Shown here piece by piece: positions 1-12,229 of a DNA stretch of 64,000 nucleotides. The stretch is taken from NCBI GenBank assembly GCA_964057225.1, contig OZ059894.1:10230001-10294000 (forward strand), in the 5' to 3' direction. This DNA comes from Auanema rhodensis (taxonomy: Eukaryota > Animalia > Nematoda). The translations under genes were made by a program, and so were the position numbers. How positions within the stretch are numbered: the stretch's first letter is position 1; each line of letters begins with the position of its first letter. The notes beneath the pieces are model-generated. The model saw nothing but the letters and a program-made list of their open reading frames with translations. It made no database searches and was not told the DNA's origin.

Positions 1-1282
1 TTTACATTCATTCATTGATTGCATGATCTTTCTTTTTCTTTTTTTTTTTGAAGACAACTACGTCATGAATCAAATGTTTCAATCAAAATATAAATGATCT
101 GAAGAATAGGAAAATATCTTATTTTTACTCAAAAAATAAAGAAATTTGAGATATTCTCACTGAAAATGGAATATTTCAAAGCGAATTGAGATAGATAGAC
201 GACGAGACTGACCGCGTGCTCTATGCTTGTCTTCTATTCTGAGCACATCGGAAGATATGGAGAAAAAGAGCTTTAGTAAGGGAAGTTTTTGGTAATGAAT
301 TCTGAAGAGAAATGAAGGATGAAGATGTTCGACGACCGTAGAGATTGCGATCATTAGCAATTTCAGGCGAATGAATAAGAGTTCAAAAAATTCTCTCAAA
401 CGATATGAGAAAATGTATGGGAAAATGAAACGTTGTGAGCATCATGGTTAGTGCGAAAAGATAAAGATGAAAAGAAAAATAAGAATGAAATTAGAAAGAG
501 ATAGAGAGATAGAAAGAGAGAAAGAGAAAGAGAGAGAGAGAGAGAGAGTCTTAGAGAAGATTGAAAAAGCTTATTTGGATGTTCAATCCAAAATTTCATG
601 TATTTCAGATTATGACATGATGATGTGATAGTCATCATATTCATCATCATCCGTTTTTCCACCAATGAATCCTGAATACATACATGTATAACCTACAATC
701 TCTGGTAGATGTTGATGTAGAAACTCAAGTTCTTCATGAATAATTCGAAGAAAAAAAGATTATTAGGAAGAAGAGGTTTCAATACTTCTGTATTCCAAAA
801 GGCAAGATAACTTTAAGCAGCAGCAAGTTATGATTGAAGTTTGATCATGAAAAGATGGAGATAGAGAGAGAGAGAGAGAGAGATGTGTTTTCCCTTCTAT
901 TTATATCAAATAAGATATTATAAATTATTGATGAATGATATAATATCCTAAACTATATATACATAGTATAGAATAATGTTTTCTAACTAATACTATCATT
1001 GTTTTCAATCAGTTCTTGCCCTTGTCATCATAAATCTCCATGTTATTGCACTTTCTCAATGTTTTTTTTTATTTTTTTGACCAAAAAAAAGCTGTGCATA
1101 TAGCGATGATCAAGCTATTTCTGAAGCAAGTAATGTGATCTGATGATGAAATAAGAGATTTTGTTGATTTGTATGGTAGAAAAGTGATAGAAAAAAGACT
1201 AAACTAATGAAAGAATAAATTATTATCTTTTTTGAGTTTAAAAAGATAAAACAAATGAAAAATACATATGTATATCTATCTA

Positions 1283-1320
<38 letters not shown>

Positions 1321-1687
1321 ATGAAATACTGATTGAAAGGCGGAAGTAGAAAGAGGGGGAAGTTGAATATGATATAATAAAATGAAAAATCACTCAAATC
1401 AGATTGTATGCATGTACATAAGAAGAATATTTCACATAGTTAAAGAGGATATAGAGAGATACAGAGAGAAAGAGAAAGAGAGAGAGATGTAAAGAAAGAG
1501 AGGAATATGGTATGAAAGAAGAAACATGAAAGGTAAGGAGCACCTAAGTGATGAAGCATGTATCATCATTGAACTCATGTCATGTGAACGGAAAACTTCG
1601 AATATGAACCAATGTTTCGATGTCATCATGATCTGAAGAAGATGATGAAGAATAGGTAGTTGTTCTCTTACCCTTCCGTACATAAAC

Positions 1688-1720
<33 letters not shown>

Positions 1721-2309
1721 TATTTTAAAATGGAAATTGAGATATGAAATTGATATGTAGTCATCAACTGGTTGTCACATGAATCCAAGAGGAAGACAAT
1801 AAAATTTTAAAACTGGAAGAATGAAAGTGAACAATTTAGGAAGTATGATAATGATAATGATGAGGATGATGATGATGATGATGACGATTATTGGTAGGAT
1901 TTATCAACATTTCAAAAAACTTTAAATGATTTTATTCGTTTGTTAATCTTTCTTAATTTTCTTTTAAAGAGATTGAACTTAACGGTCAGTTAATATAGAT
2001 AGAGGAAGAGCAAAGAACATCCATAAATGTTACTTGAGATTAATAATGTCAATAGAACTCTTATTACAATGCTGAATAGATGAAAGCTTATGAGGTAATA
2101 AAAGCTGAACAAGTTTTTAGAATATCTTATCTCTTAATTGAATTATCTCTTAATTGAATTGAAAAAGAAAAGTTAAAAAAGAAATTGGAATTTTGGAAGA
2201 AAAACGGAAAAATTGCAACCGTTCTTGGTCAGTTGACATGAGAAAATGAACAATCATATTCCAGCGTGTTCCCACGTATATAAAATATTTGGATTAAGAA
2301 AAGGGAAAT

Positions 2310-2352
<43 letters not shown>

Positions 2353-3587
2353 GGACAAAGAAACGTGCCGAGAGAAATACTAAAGGGGAATGTGAATTAC
2401 AAGAAAAAAAGAGGAATAATAGAAACGTATTACAGCGTAACAAGTAATGAAATAGTTATATATGTATATGAAAATAATAAAATTTATTAAGAAAGAATGA
2501 TATAGGGTGAGAGAGATCAATAGAGAGAAAGAGTCATATGCAGATCAGAGGAGATATCGAAGAAGAGCGTATCCAGGGAAACGATTGGTCTGTTTCAACA
2601 TGCATATACATACATATATGTACATAATATAAGTTACTTTGTAATTAAAAAGTCAAAAAAGGCGAAGAAAAGTGATGAAAATCTTGGTTGAAACTAACGG
2701 TTCGTCAGGCTGTTGCTGGAAGACGAAAGATGATGAAGTCAAATGTGGTAGACATGTCGTTCGAGGACAACCAATGCAACATTCATCACGGCAAACACCA
2801 AAAATCGGAGATCATTTACGTTTCAGGAAATTTACGGATGGCTTTCTCAATTCATTTCTTCATGTTTGCTTCTAACTCCTGACTGCTTTTTCTTTTCTTC
2901 TATGTCATAGTTCTGGAAGGAAATCTAGGTGCAGATTCCAATGCTCGATGAATATCCTTATTGTTCTCATAGAATATGCTGTAAGAACATTATGACCCAA
3001 GGTGAGTAAGAAGTAAACTGAAAAGGAGGCAAAGATCCTGTCGTCGATTGGAAAGCAATAGCAGCAACAGCAGTAGTAGTAGCACTAGTACTAGAATCAT
3101 CAGCACAGCAGCAGCAGCAGCCAATTGTTACCAGAGGGCTTAACTGCAGAAAAAGTAAGAACTCGAAAATGAGCAGTATCACCCGATAAAATTAAATTTT
3201 TTTTTGCATCTCTCCAATTTTTCTCAGCACAATTGAAGATTGTGAGATTAAATGTTTGTTGTTGTATAATTAAGTAAACAATGATAAAAACAAATTTTTA
3301 TTTGTCTATATATATAGTTAAATATATATATATATATATAGTTAGATATACACATATATATATAAAAATTGAAATAAATGTATGAGCAATTGAACGTTAA
3401 CAAGGATAACCATGATCTAGAATAACTGCTTTTCATAGTTTCTCTCTTTCTTCTTCCTTCCACTTACGAATAACTAAACGGAAAAGAAGGAAGAAGAAAA
3501 GAAAACAATATGTATATTAACTATATGATATATAGTTAATTTACACAAATGTTCTTAAATTTTATACACAAACGACAAGTACAATCG

Positions 3588-3600
3588 AAGGCACCCTGAG
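3588..3600 (-). promoter_or_regulatory. Overlapping lin-4/miR-125 (CTCAGGG) and miR-124 (GTGCCTT) 7mer seed matches in putative gar-3 3' UTR
   Basis: Minus strand reads CTCAGGGTGCCTT. It lies between the gar-3 stop (4437) and the first canonical AATAAA I could find (3297-3302). Confidence 0.45.
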
Positions 3601-3637
3601 CAGTGTGCATTCACCATTAAAACCGAGGCAAAAGAGA

Positions 3638-3678
<41 letters not shown>

Positions 3679-3944
3679 TAGAAAGAGGAAAAGAAGTTTA
3701 AGGAGAAATATGTAAGAGAGAGAAAGCAAGAAAGAGAGAGAGAGAGATAGAGAGAGAGAGGAGAAGTTGAAAATAAAAAAAAAACAAATATGAGAAACTA
3801 GATAATACTAAGATAAAATTTTTGTATTAATATATATATATATATATATATAAAATAAAAAATATATGTATATAATACAGTATAAAAATGAATATTTTGT
3901 ACTATATTATACATTTTTCTTACTAATTAATACTATCTATATCG

Positions 3945-3967
3945 AATACTGCTGCATAGAACCCGTA
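3945..3967 (-). promoter_or_regulatory. Adjacent miR-51/miR-100-family (TACGGGT) and miR-236/miR-8-family (CAGTATT) seed matches in putative gar-3 3' UTR
   Basis: Plus strand aatactg at 3945-3951 and acccgta at 3961-3967 equal seed nucleotides 2-8 of these families. Confidence 0.4.
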
Positions 3968-4436
3968 AAGGACAATTCTAATACATATAAAAAAATATTT
4001 TGAATAATGATTGAGCGTCAATTTAAAAAAATTTGTCAAGAGATACAGAACGAAATATAATTTTTTTCAAATTTCAAAAGACAATTGTGTAATACAAGTC
4101 ATGGTGAACTGACCGAAGGAGGAGAGTCTAAAGATAGTGAGAGTGAGAGAGAGAGAGAATGAGAGAGTGAGAGGGAGTGAGAGAGAGAGAGAGAGAAATT
4201 TATATATATTATTTACTATTTTAAGTGATTATAATACTATAAATAGATAGCGAGAGAGAGGAAAATGAATTTGTGGAAAAAAACTGAAAATGAGATGTGA
4301 TTAAAGAAAAATATTTTCCCATTTCTGTGTCAAACAGTAATGTCTACAGTAGACGAAAATAACACAGAAAAGAAATAAATTGAGAAAAAAATGACAAAGA
4401 CGATGGTGGTGATGAAGTTGGTGAAAAAGAAAGTTA

Positions 4437-7400
4437 TCAGCATTGACGCCTGATGTAAGCATTCCGACTAATGTTCGGCCTTTCAGCTCCATATTTGCAG
4501 CGTAAAATGCGCTGATATGTATGTCGAAATCTGAAAATATTAATATAGGAAGTATAATATTTATTATTTCATTTAACAGCTGATAATAAAATAAAATTTT
4601 ATATGAACTGTTAATGAGAGGAATGAGGTGTAAGGGTGGAGGTGGGTGATGAAGTGAAGGGAGGAAGAGAAACTACTTCTTACCTGGCATTACATAATGC
4701 ATAGCATAATGGATTAATTGTGGAATTAATATAGCAAAGACAGTAACTGATTTGAAATAACGTATCCGGAATAGTTTTTGGAAAAAATGCTTCCCAACAG
4801 ACGATTACTATAAATATTTTATTGTTAATTATGCTAATTATAAGTACATATATATAATAAAATAAAATATTTCTTACAATTATATGGAGTCCATGTTACT
4901 ATGAAGGCACATAAGATAGCAGATAGTGTTTTTGCTGCTTTACTTTCTTGTTTTCTTTCATTCTTCTTCCGTTCTTTCTCACTTTTACGATCATTAACTG
5001 AAGAAAACCCTTTTAAAAGACGCCCGTTTTTCGTTGGAGAGGTAGTTTCTGAAGGAAGACGAATTTCTTCTTCAAAACTCTAAAACATGGGTGCACATAC
5101 CTTTTTGGCTTACACGCTTTGTAACTTCATTAGCATGTTCTGTGATTATTTCACTTTTTGATCGAATTGGATTCTCTGTTCGACTGAAATATATATTTAT
5201 ATATTATATATATATATATAGTATATATTAATTATAAATAAATTAAAAATTAAAAATTAAACTAAATGCAGCCGTTATATGAATTTGAAATAAATGAAAT
5301 AAGGAAATGCGCGATGGGTGTGATTTAACACGTCTCATATAAGCATTATGCTAATTAATATTTTATAAATGAAATATCGATTAATTTACATTTTTATAAG
5401 AATTTTAAATAAAAAATCATGATTTATAGAAATATTTTAAATAAAAACTTAAAATATAATTTGTAAAAACATACTCTAATACTGGAGATTCACAACTGCT
5501 TAATCTAACACTTGGTCGTGCTCCTTCATCTTTTAATTCAATTAAAACCTTTGAAAGAAAATAGTTAGTTTAAAGAGGAAGAAATTCTTATTTACGGTAT
5601 AAGTATCCAAAGCTGGCCTATCAGGTCGATCTCGTGATCGAAATCTGTACGAACCATTCCTGGGGCTGTTCTCTACATGAGTTTCAGCTGATTGAGTATC
5701 CTGAATACATGAAATATTAATGAGATGCTTCTCATAACCAACGACTTACATCAGTTGGAGGCATCGGACTACATGTGGGGCTAGTATTCTTCCGTTTTGA
5801 CGTATAAAGTGATGATGACATTGATGTATCATCAACATTCACAACAGCAGCTTCAGAACTTTCTTCTGAAGACGTCTGCGAACGTCCAGTACAGTAACGC
5901 AACCAAGAAGCTCGTGTTCGACTTCCAATAGTTCTGTAAAACTCAATCAATGAGAACAACGTTGTATGAAAATGCTCTTACGGCTTGTTCTGAGACAAAG
6001 AGAAGGACCATGTATGCTTTTTCACAGAACCCGATCTCTCATTCTTGATTATGGAGTTAGCGGATGTATCTCGTCGAATTGATCGCCGTGGAAACTGAAA
6101 AGTGTTGAATAATTGTCACAAACTTATAGAAATGAATAAATTAAATGAAAAAAAGAAATTAAAGAAATTCTTAGATCGGTCAAGCAGTCAAGCAAGTGTT
6201 GGGTACTTCATTTCATACCAATAAGCTAATAACAAGAATAGAAAAATGTATAAAATGGTCTCTAAATCATGCTTAAAATTGGTGAAAAGGTTGAAATGTA
6301 TTTGAAAAAAGAGAGGGAGAGAGAGTGCTATTCTCAGATGTTTACCTTCCTAGGCTCGGATATTGCCCTTCGGGCTTTGCTATGGTTGTTAGTAGAGTAG
6401 TACTAGAGTGAAACAAAATTTTTATTTCACATAATATAATAAATTTAAATTATTTTTATCTTACTATTAATATAATTTTAGTTTTGAAGTTTTAAGTTTA
6501 AGAGATTAAAACTTGAATACAAACCTGTGAAGCTTGAAGTTTTCCAAATTCTTTTTGTCTTTTCTGTGTTTCGCGATAAACTCGAAAATACAGAATAATC
6601 ATTATAGTAACCGGCAAATAGAAAGCTGCTATAGCTGTACCAACGGTTACATAAGGATTTGTTTCTAAAAACTGTACAACACATGTACCCGGTTCCACAG
6701 TGAACTTTCCTTAAAAAATAAGTTTAGTTTAATGCTGTTTAATGCTTTAAGTTTTATTTAAAAAATTACCTTCTATATATGGCCAACTAATAATCCATGG
6801 TGGCCAAAGAATAGTTGATATAATATAAGTACAGGCTATCATAGTCAGTGCTTTTTTTGTTGTTCTTCTGTAAAAATAAAGGTATTGTTGTATCATTTTG
6901 TTATAGCTTGAGTTAAAAGCATAAGTTCAAGCGTGAGTTCCAGAATAAGCTTTAACATACCTGGGCCTATATGACAATGGCCTCGTGACAGAAAAGTATC
7001 TATCGAAAGAAATTAATAATAGATTCAATACAGAAGCATTACTCATTAGATAATCCACACATAACCTAATAACATATAAGATATACTATATCGTATAGTT
7101 AGAGCAATATTACCAAAACTGGCACATGGTATATCCAATACCCCATGACCGCATAGCTGAGTAATAAGTCATCAAAGGTATTGAAATCATACCTTCAAAA
7201 CTCAGAAATTAAAGTTAAATCGATGAAAAATTAAAAGTTACCGATAGCAACATCAGCAACAGCTAAAGAAAACAGAAAGTAATTACTAATTGTTTGAAGC
7301 TGTTTATCGATTTTGAAGCTGATCATCACCTGAAAAGGACAAATCGTATTCATGAAGCTTTTTCAAATAGCTTGAATAGCTAGCTGACCATCAAGTTTCC

Positions 7401-7829
7401 GACTGTCGTCAGAATTGAGAAAATGGCTCCAATCACGATGATAGCTGCTACCAAGGACTCCTCTCCATACCCGGCCTCTGTGGATAGTGGCATCAAGTCG
7501 GAACCGCTGTCCAATGCATCCGGAAACGCTGTCGTCGTATTTCCGGCAGTCGATTCTAACGCCTTAAATTTATTTTTTTGAGTATATATGCATGTACGTA
7601 GCTAAAGATATTATAATTTTTGATTATTCAAATATTATTAACTATATATAGTATATAGATAATGATGATAAATCATTTTGAAAATGAAATAAAGTTGTTT
7701 TAAATGCTGAAACATACAAATTTGAAAAAAAAAACATTAAATTACCTTCATTACGAGATGGAATAATTGCGTATTTCGGAAGGAAAGTGAGAGGGATGGG
7801 CCCTCAGAGGGCTGAATAGCCCCGGCCAT
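4437..7829 (-). CDS. gar-3: Muscarinic acetylcholine receptor GAR-3 (~605 aa; 586 aa without the cassette exon)
   Basis: 16 GT-AG exons joined in frame: 7746-7829, 7389-7562, 7242-7329, 7114-7192, 6961-7065, 6770-6867, 6525-6709, 6346-6402, 5982-6094, 5750-5933, 5596-5700, 5475-5548, 5101-5183, 4878-5048, 4684-4807, 4437-4530. Motifs: [109 protein letters not shown]. These are near-identical to C. elegans GAR-3. Confidence 0.96.
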
Positions 7830-10524
7830 TAAATCTGGCCTAAAAAATTCAAATAAAAATAATATAATTAACATTTAAAAAATATAATTTAAAATATCTA
7901 CAGTTGTCATTCTATCAAAATGAGCATAAAACATCGTATAAACAGGATTATATAAGCTAAGATTGATAAGATTTCACAGAAATTGGCACAACCGCTCCTT
8001 AACGACAATACGTTAAAAATGAAAGTGTGGGGGGGGAGGAGGTTAGTTTACGTAAAATTTCACGTGAAAATGGGCACGAAAGAAGTTTGAGTCATGCCTG
8101 AGAAATTTAAAAATATTTATATTTAGCGTTCAATTATAGAATAACGAAAATATTTTGTAAAACATGAAGAGAAATAGAAAAGAAGAGAAGTTAGAAAATA
8201 ATGAAGAAAGAAAGAGAGAAAGAGAGAGAAAAAGAGAGAGAGAGATTGAGAGAATATTAACTTTTCTTCTTAGTTACTCTTTCTACTTCTAACCTCTCTC
8301 TCTCTCTCTCTCTCTCTCTGTTTCTTTCTTATTTTATCCTCCATCATCTTTTCTTTTATCATCTCCAAATCCCTTTACCCTTATTATTCCATATATTTTT
8401 CTTCTTATTATACATGTTTCTATTACTTTTACACAAGATCTTTTCAATAATACAGATAAATTTTGAAAAATTAAAATATTTTTTGTTTTATAAAACGAAA
8501 AATGAACTAAATACATACTGTGATATATGAAATATGCTTCAATAAATTTCAAAATTCAGCTGTTATTTTCTTTTAAAAATTTTTGTTTCTTTTGAAAATC
8601 GGAAAAGATTTAATATTTTTATAAAATAAAAATAAATGAAATGTGAATGTACTTCACAGACCATTTTTGTCGATTTTTTTGGTCGTGAAGCTATTTCTGG
8701 TAAGCTTAATGTCCACTTAGATGCTAGTTGAAGGGCCAGTCAGTCAATCAAAACCATCTATAGCATTGAGGAACAAGAAAATTGTGGATTTCACGTAAAA
8801 AGAATAGAAAGTAAGTAAAGAAGGAGCAGTTGGATAGCCCTAGTGAGGTGGTCTCATAAATTTTCCGGATGAGAGAACAGAAAAAATCATGTTCCGGTAG
8901 ATTGTCTTCGTTTGTAGGTTCTGTTGATGTTGTCCAGCATGTGAGACACATTATAAAATGAAGTTCCCGGTTTGAAAAATCATCAAAAATCATCAAAAAT
9001 TATTAAAAATGGTCCAAATATTGAACTTTTTCTTTAAATTTTGTAAAAATATTTCAAAAAAGGTTAAACATATTCACATGTTTTAAGGTATGTTCAACTT
9101 TGCAAATATGTTCTAACGAACTTTGTCGTTCTAACAAATCAAGCTGCAGAGAGCCAGGGTTTCAAGCTGGTGTACTGCAGTTGTAAGTTCTAAGTTGGAA
9201 AAGCCAAACTCGTAAATTCATCATGATGACATAAGCACGTGTGGCATTGTAGTTGTATTCGCAAATGAATGTGTATGATAGTTAGTTTGAAAGATTTCTA
9301 TTGAATAAGCTTATATTTCATCTGACTTGTCGGAACATCAAAGTTAAAGAATAGAAGTGAAGCAAGAAAGACATGTGGTTTGAGTTGGATGATGATGACG
9401 ATGATGAGTGAATATATGATGAATGATAGGTAATAGTGAATAAGCAGATGAATAAAGATGATGGGTTCACATATCAAAGAAGATTTAAAGATATTTGAAA
9501 AGTCAAAGAAATAAAGAGAAAATCAGATGAAGAGATGAATGTGAGTCAATGTAGTATGAAAGAAGAAGAAGAAGAAGAACAAACTCATACGATTGCAAGT
9601 CATTCAAAGATAAAATTGTTCATTTTCTTGAGAAAAAATACATTTCATTGTAAATAAGTTGAAGAAAAAAAAATTTTTTTCGTGTTCTGCAAGAAAAAAA
9701 AAAGAAAAAAGCTATAAAGATCTAGAATTGGGCTTTATGCTATGACTGATGTACATGCCTAATAGAATGACCGTTAGATGACCTGAGACAAGCTTCTTGT
9801 AAGATGTGCTGCACATGTCAAAGACATGCTTGTGACACTGTTAATACCAGTTTATGAGAGTTTAAGCATTTCAAAACCTAAAATGCTTAAAGCAAACGAA
9901 GTGTGTATGATCTTAAGATTGAAAACAGATTTCAAAATAACGTAGGACTGCTTGGGGTTGAACTTCATCAGGTATGAAAAGCATGAACTATGAAGTTGGA
10001 GGGCAATTGTGCACACCGAGAAAATCAGAGAAATGATCTTGAGCATGCTCATCAAAGCTGGTTTTTCGGAAGAAAAGGTTAATTGTGCTAAGTGAAATTC
10101 AGTAGTTTTCCTGCTCAGAATAAATGAATAAGTGCTGCAACTAAATAACATTCTCCTCCGAGAAGTGCAAGCTTCCAGAAAGAGCACAAAACTGATGAAT
10201 AAGCTGGGTAGAAAGTGGGAGAAGGTGATGGCTGTGAATCGACGACGAAAGGCAGATAGAAAGGGAGAGAGAGAGAGAGAATGAGAAGGAGAAGGAGAGA
10301 AAGAGAGAGACCGATCGAGCATGACAACAAGCTCACAACGCATCTTAAGACATTTGAAGGCTTTTAAGGTCTGAAACCCAAAGTAGTAGGAGTCTCATAC
10401 TTCCTATAATACGATCTTCTTCTTCTTCAAAAAAAAAAAAGAAATTAGAATAGTATAGATTATTGATTTTTAATTATAATATATACTATCATATGTATAG
10501 TAAGCAGTTATACTGAAATAACAG

Positions 10525-10572
<48 letters not shown>

Positions 10573-12158
10573 TATTTGAAAAGGTCATATATATGCTACA
10601 AGATGATGAAGTTTCTTTGTGAAATACAAGAGAGTTACATAAAGAAGAAAAATTTTATAATTACCAGCTTTGGATCATCGTTTATCCTTTTTGATGTAAA
10701 TGAAATGAGACAATATGTGAATGAAAAAGAAAAAAAAATTGAAATTGAGAAGTAAAATTTCGTTGAAAAAGACTTTCGGAATGTGTTCTTCATTTCCTTT
10801 AAATTAAAATTATTCTATCAGTCAAATGACAAAAACCTAAGTTTAAACATTAAAATCATATAGATTATATAGAAAAAAGAAGTTCAAAATGCACAAAGTA
10901 TAAAATAGAAAATTAAAATGAAGGATAAGCTGGTGAAAAAGTTTGAGAAATTTTAGAATTTGATGTAACTACTTATCATACTAATGAACTTTTATAAATC
11001 TTTCTAGTTCTAGTTGAATACGTTAAAGCATAGCAAGATTACGAATTATTCAATTATTTATATTTGTAAAATTAATTTTTTGTATTTTTTCTCTGAAAAA
11101 TAAGAAAATAAATCTTTTTTTTTGTATGTAATGAGAAGAGGTTGTAAGCTCAACTCTCACCCAACCCCCTCTCTGTCTATAAACAGATCTCCCTCTCTCT
11201 CTCTCTCTCTCTCTCTATGTCTCTGTATTCGCTTCTGAGATCTATACATCTCCTTGTTGCTTTTTCTTACAAGGGAAACAACAGCATGCTACTCTTGTTA
11301 CTATTTCTTCCTAATATTGGACGGATTGATGTAACATGGGAGGAAATGAACAGAAGGAGATGCTGCAGAGATATGAATAGAACTACTAAGCACAAGTAGG
11401 GCCTCTCTTAGAGAACTTTTAAAACAAAGAAAAAATTGTCCGATAAATCATCTATTGAGGATTTGGAAGAAGATAAGCACCCTCAATAGCATGCAATCAC
11501 CTACTGGGCTGTTTAAAAACAAAACTAAAAATCGATGATATACAGAAATTTTTGATAAATGAAGGGAAATAGAAGATGAGCCAGCTAGCTAGTTAGCTGA
11601 ATTCAGCATAGTTTCTTGATCATTCAGAATGAAAAATAAATAAATTTCAATCAAATGAAGGTTCATTTCTTAAAGTTATGCATATTGTTTGCACAAATTA
11701 GAACATGCTGAGCATGTGACTCACGTGGGTTGCGTGAAAAAGCATCAGACATTGTTTTTTTTTTTTTTTTGAAAGAAAAACTGACATTGAGCGGTTGCAT
11801 TGAAGTCTGCTACTACTACTCCTGCTGCTGCTGCTACTGCTACTGCTTGATATGAAGCAAAAGATGCAAATGAAATACAAATACAAGTAATAATTCTTGC
11901 TTTCTTATCCATTTTTTTGTTGGAAAATAAGGAAAATATGACATTTATCTGATAAATGCGTAGGCAGAAGCGTGATGAAGGGCTGAAGATGGATGTCATA
12001 TGTGGCCGACACCAAATTCGGAAATGGTATTCGGCAAGTAAAGAGTGCTTATATAAATAGACAAAAACGGATAGCATTACATGAGTGATTAGCCACATCC
12101 TTAGGAGCCGTACTTGGCTCTCGTATGCCGTTTGTATATCTTCTCTCCCTCTATTGGG

Positions 12159-12229
<71 letters not shown>

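Noticed and set aside
2730-2882. Box C/D snoRNA (ATGATGA ... CTGA)
   Set aside because: No terminal stem or recognisable antisense element; ATGATGA is ubiquitous in this region.
9151-9183. Hairpin agctgcag..ccag/ctgg..ctgcagtt as a pre-miRNA
   Set aside because: Too short and interrupted for a pre-miRNA; no other support.
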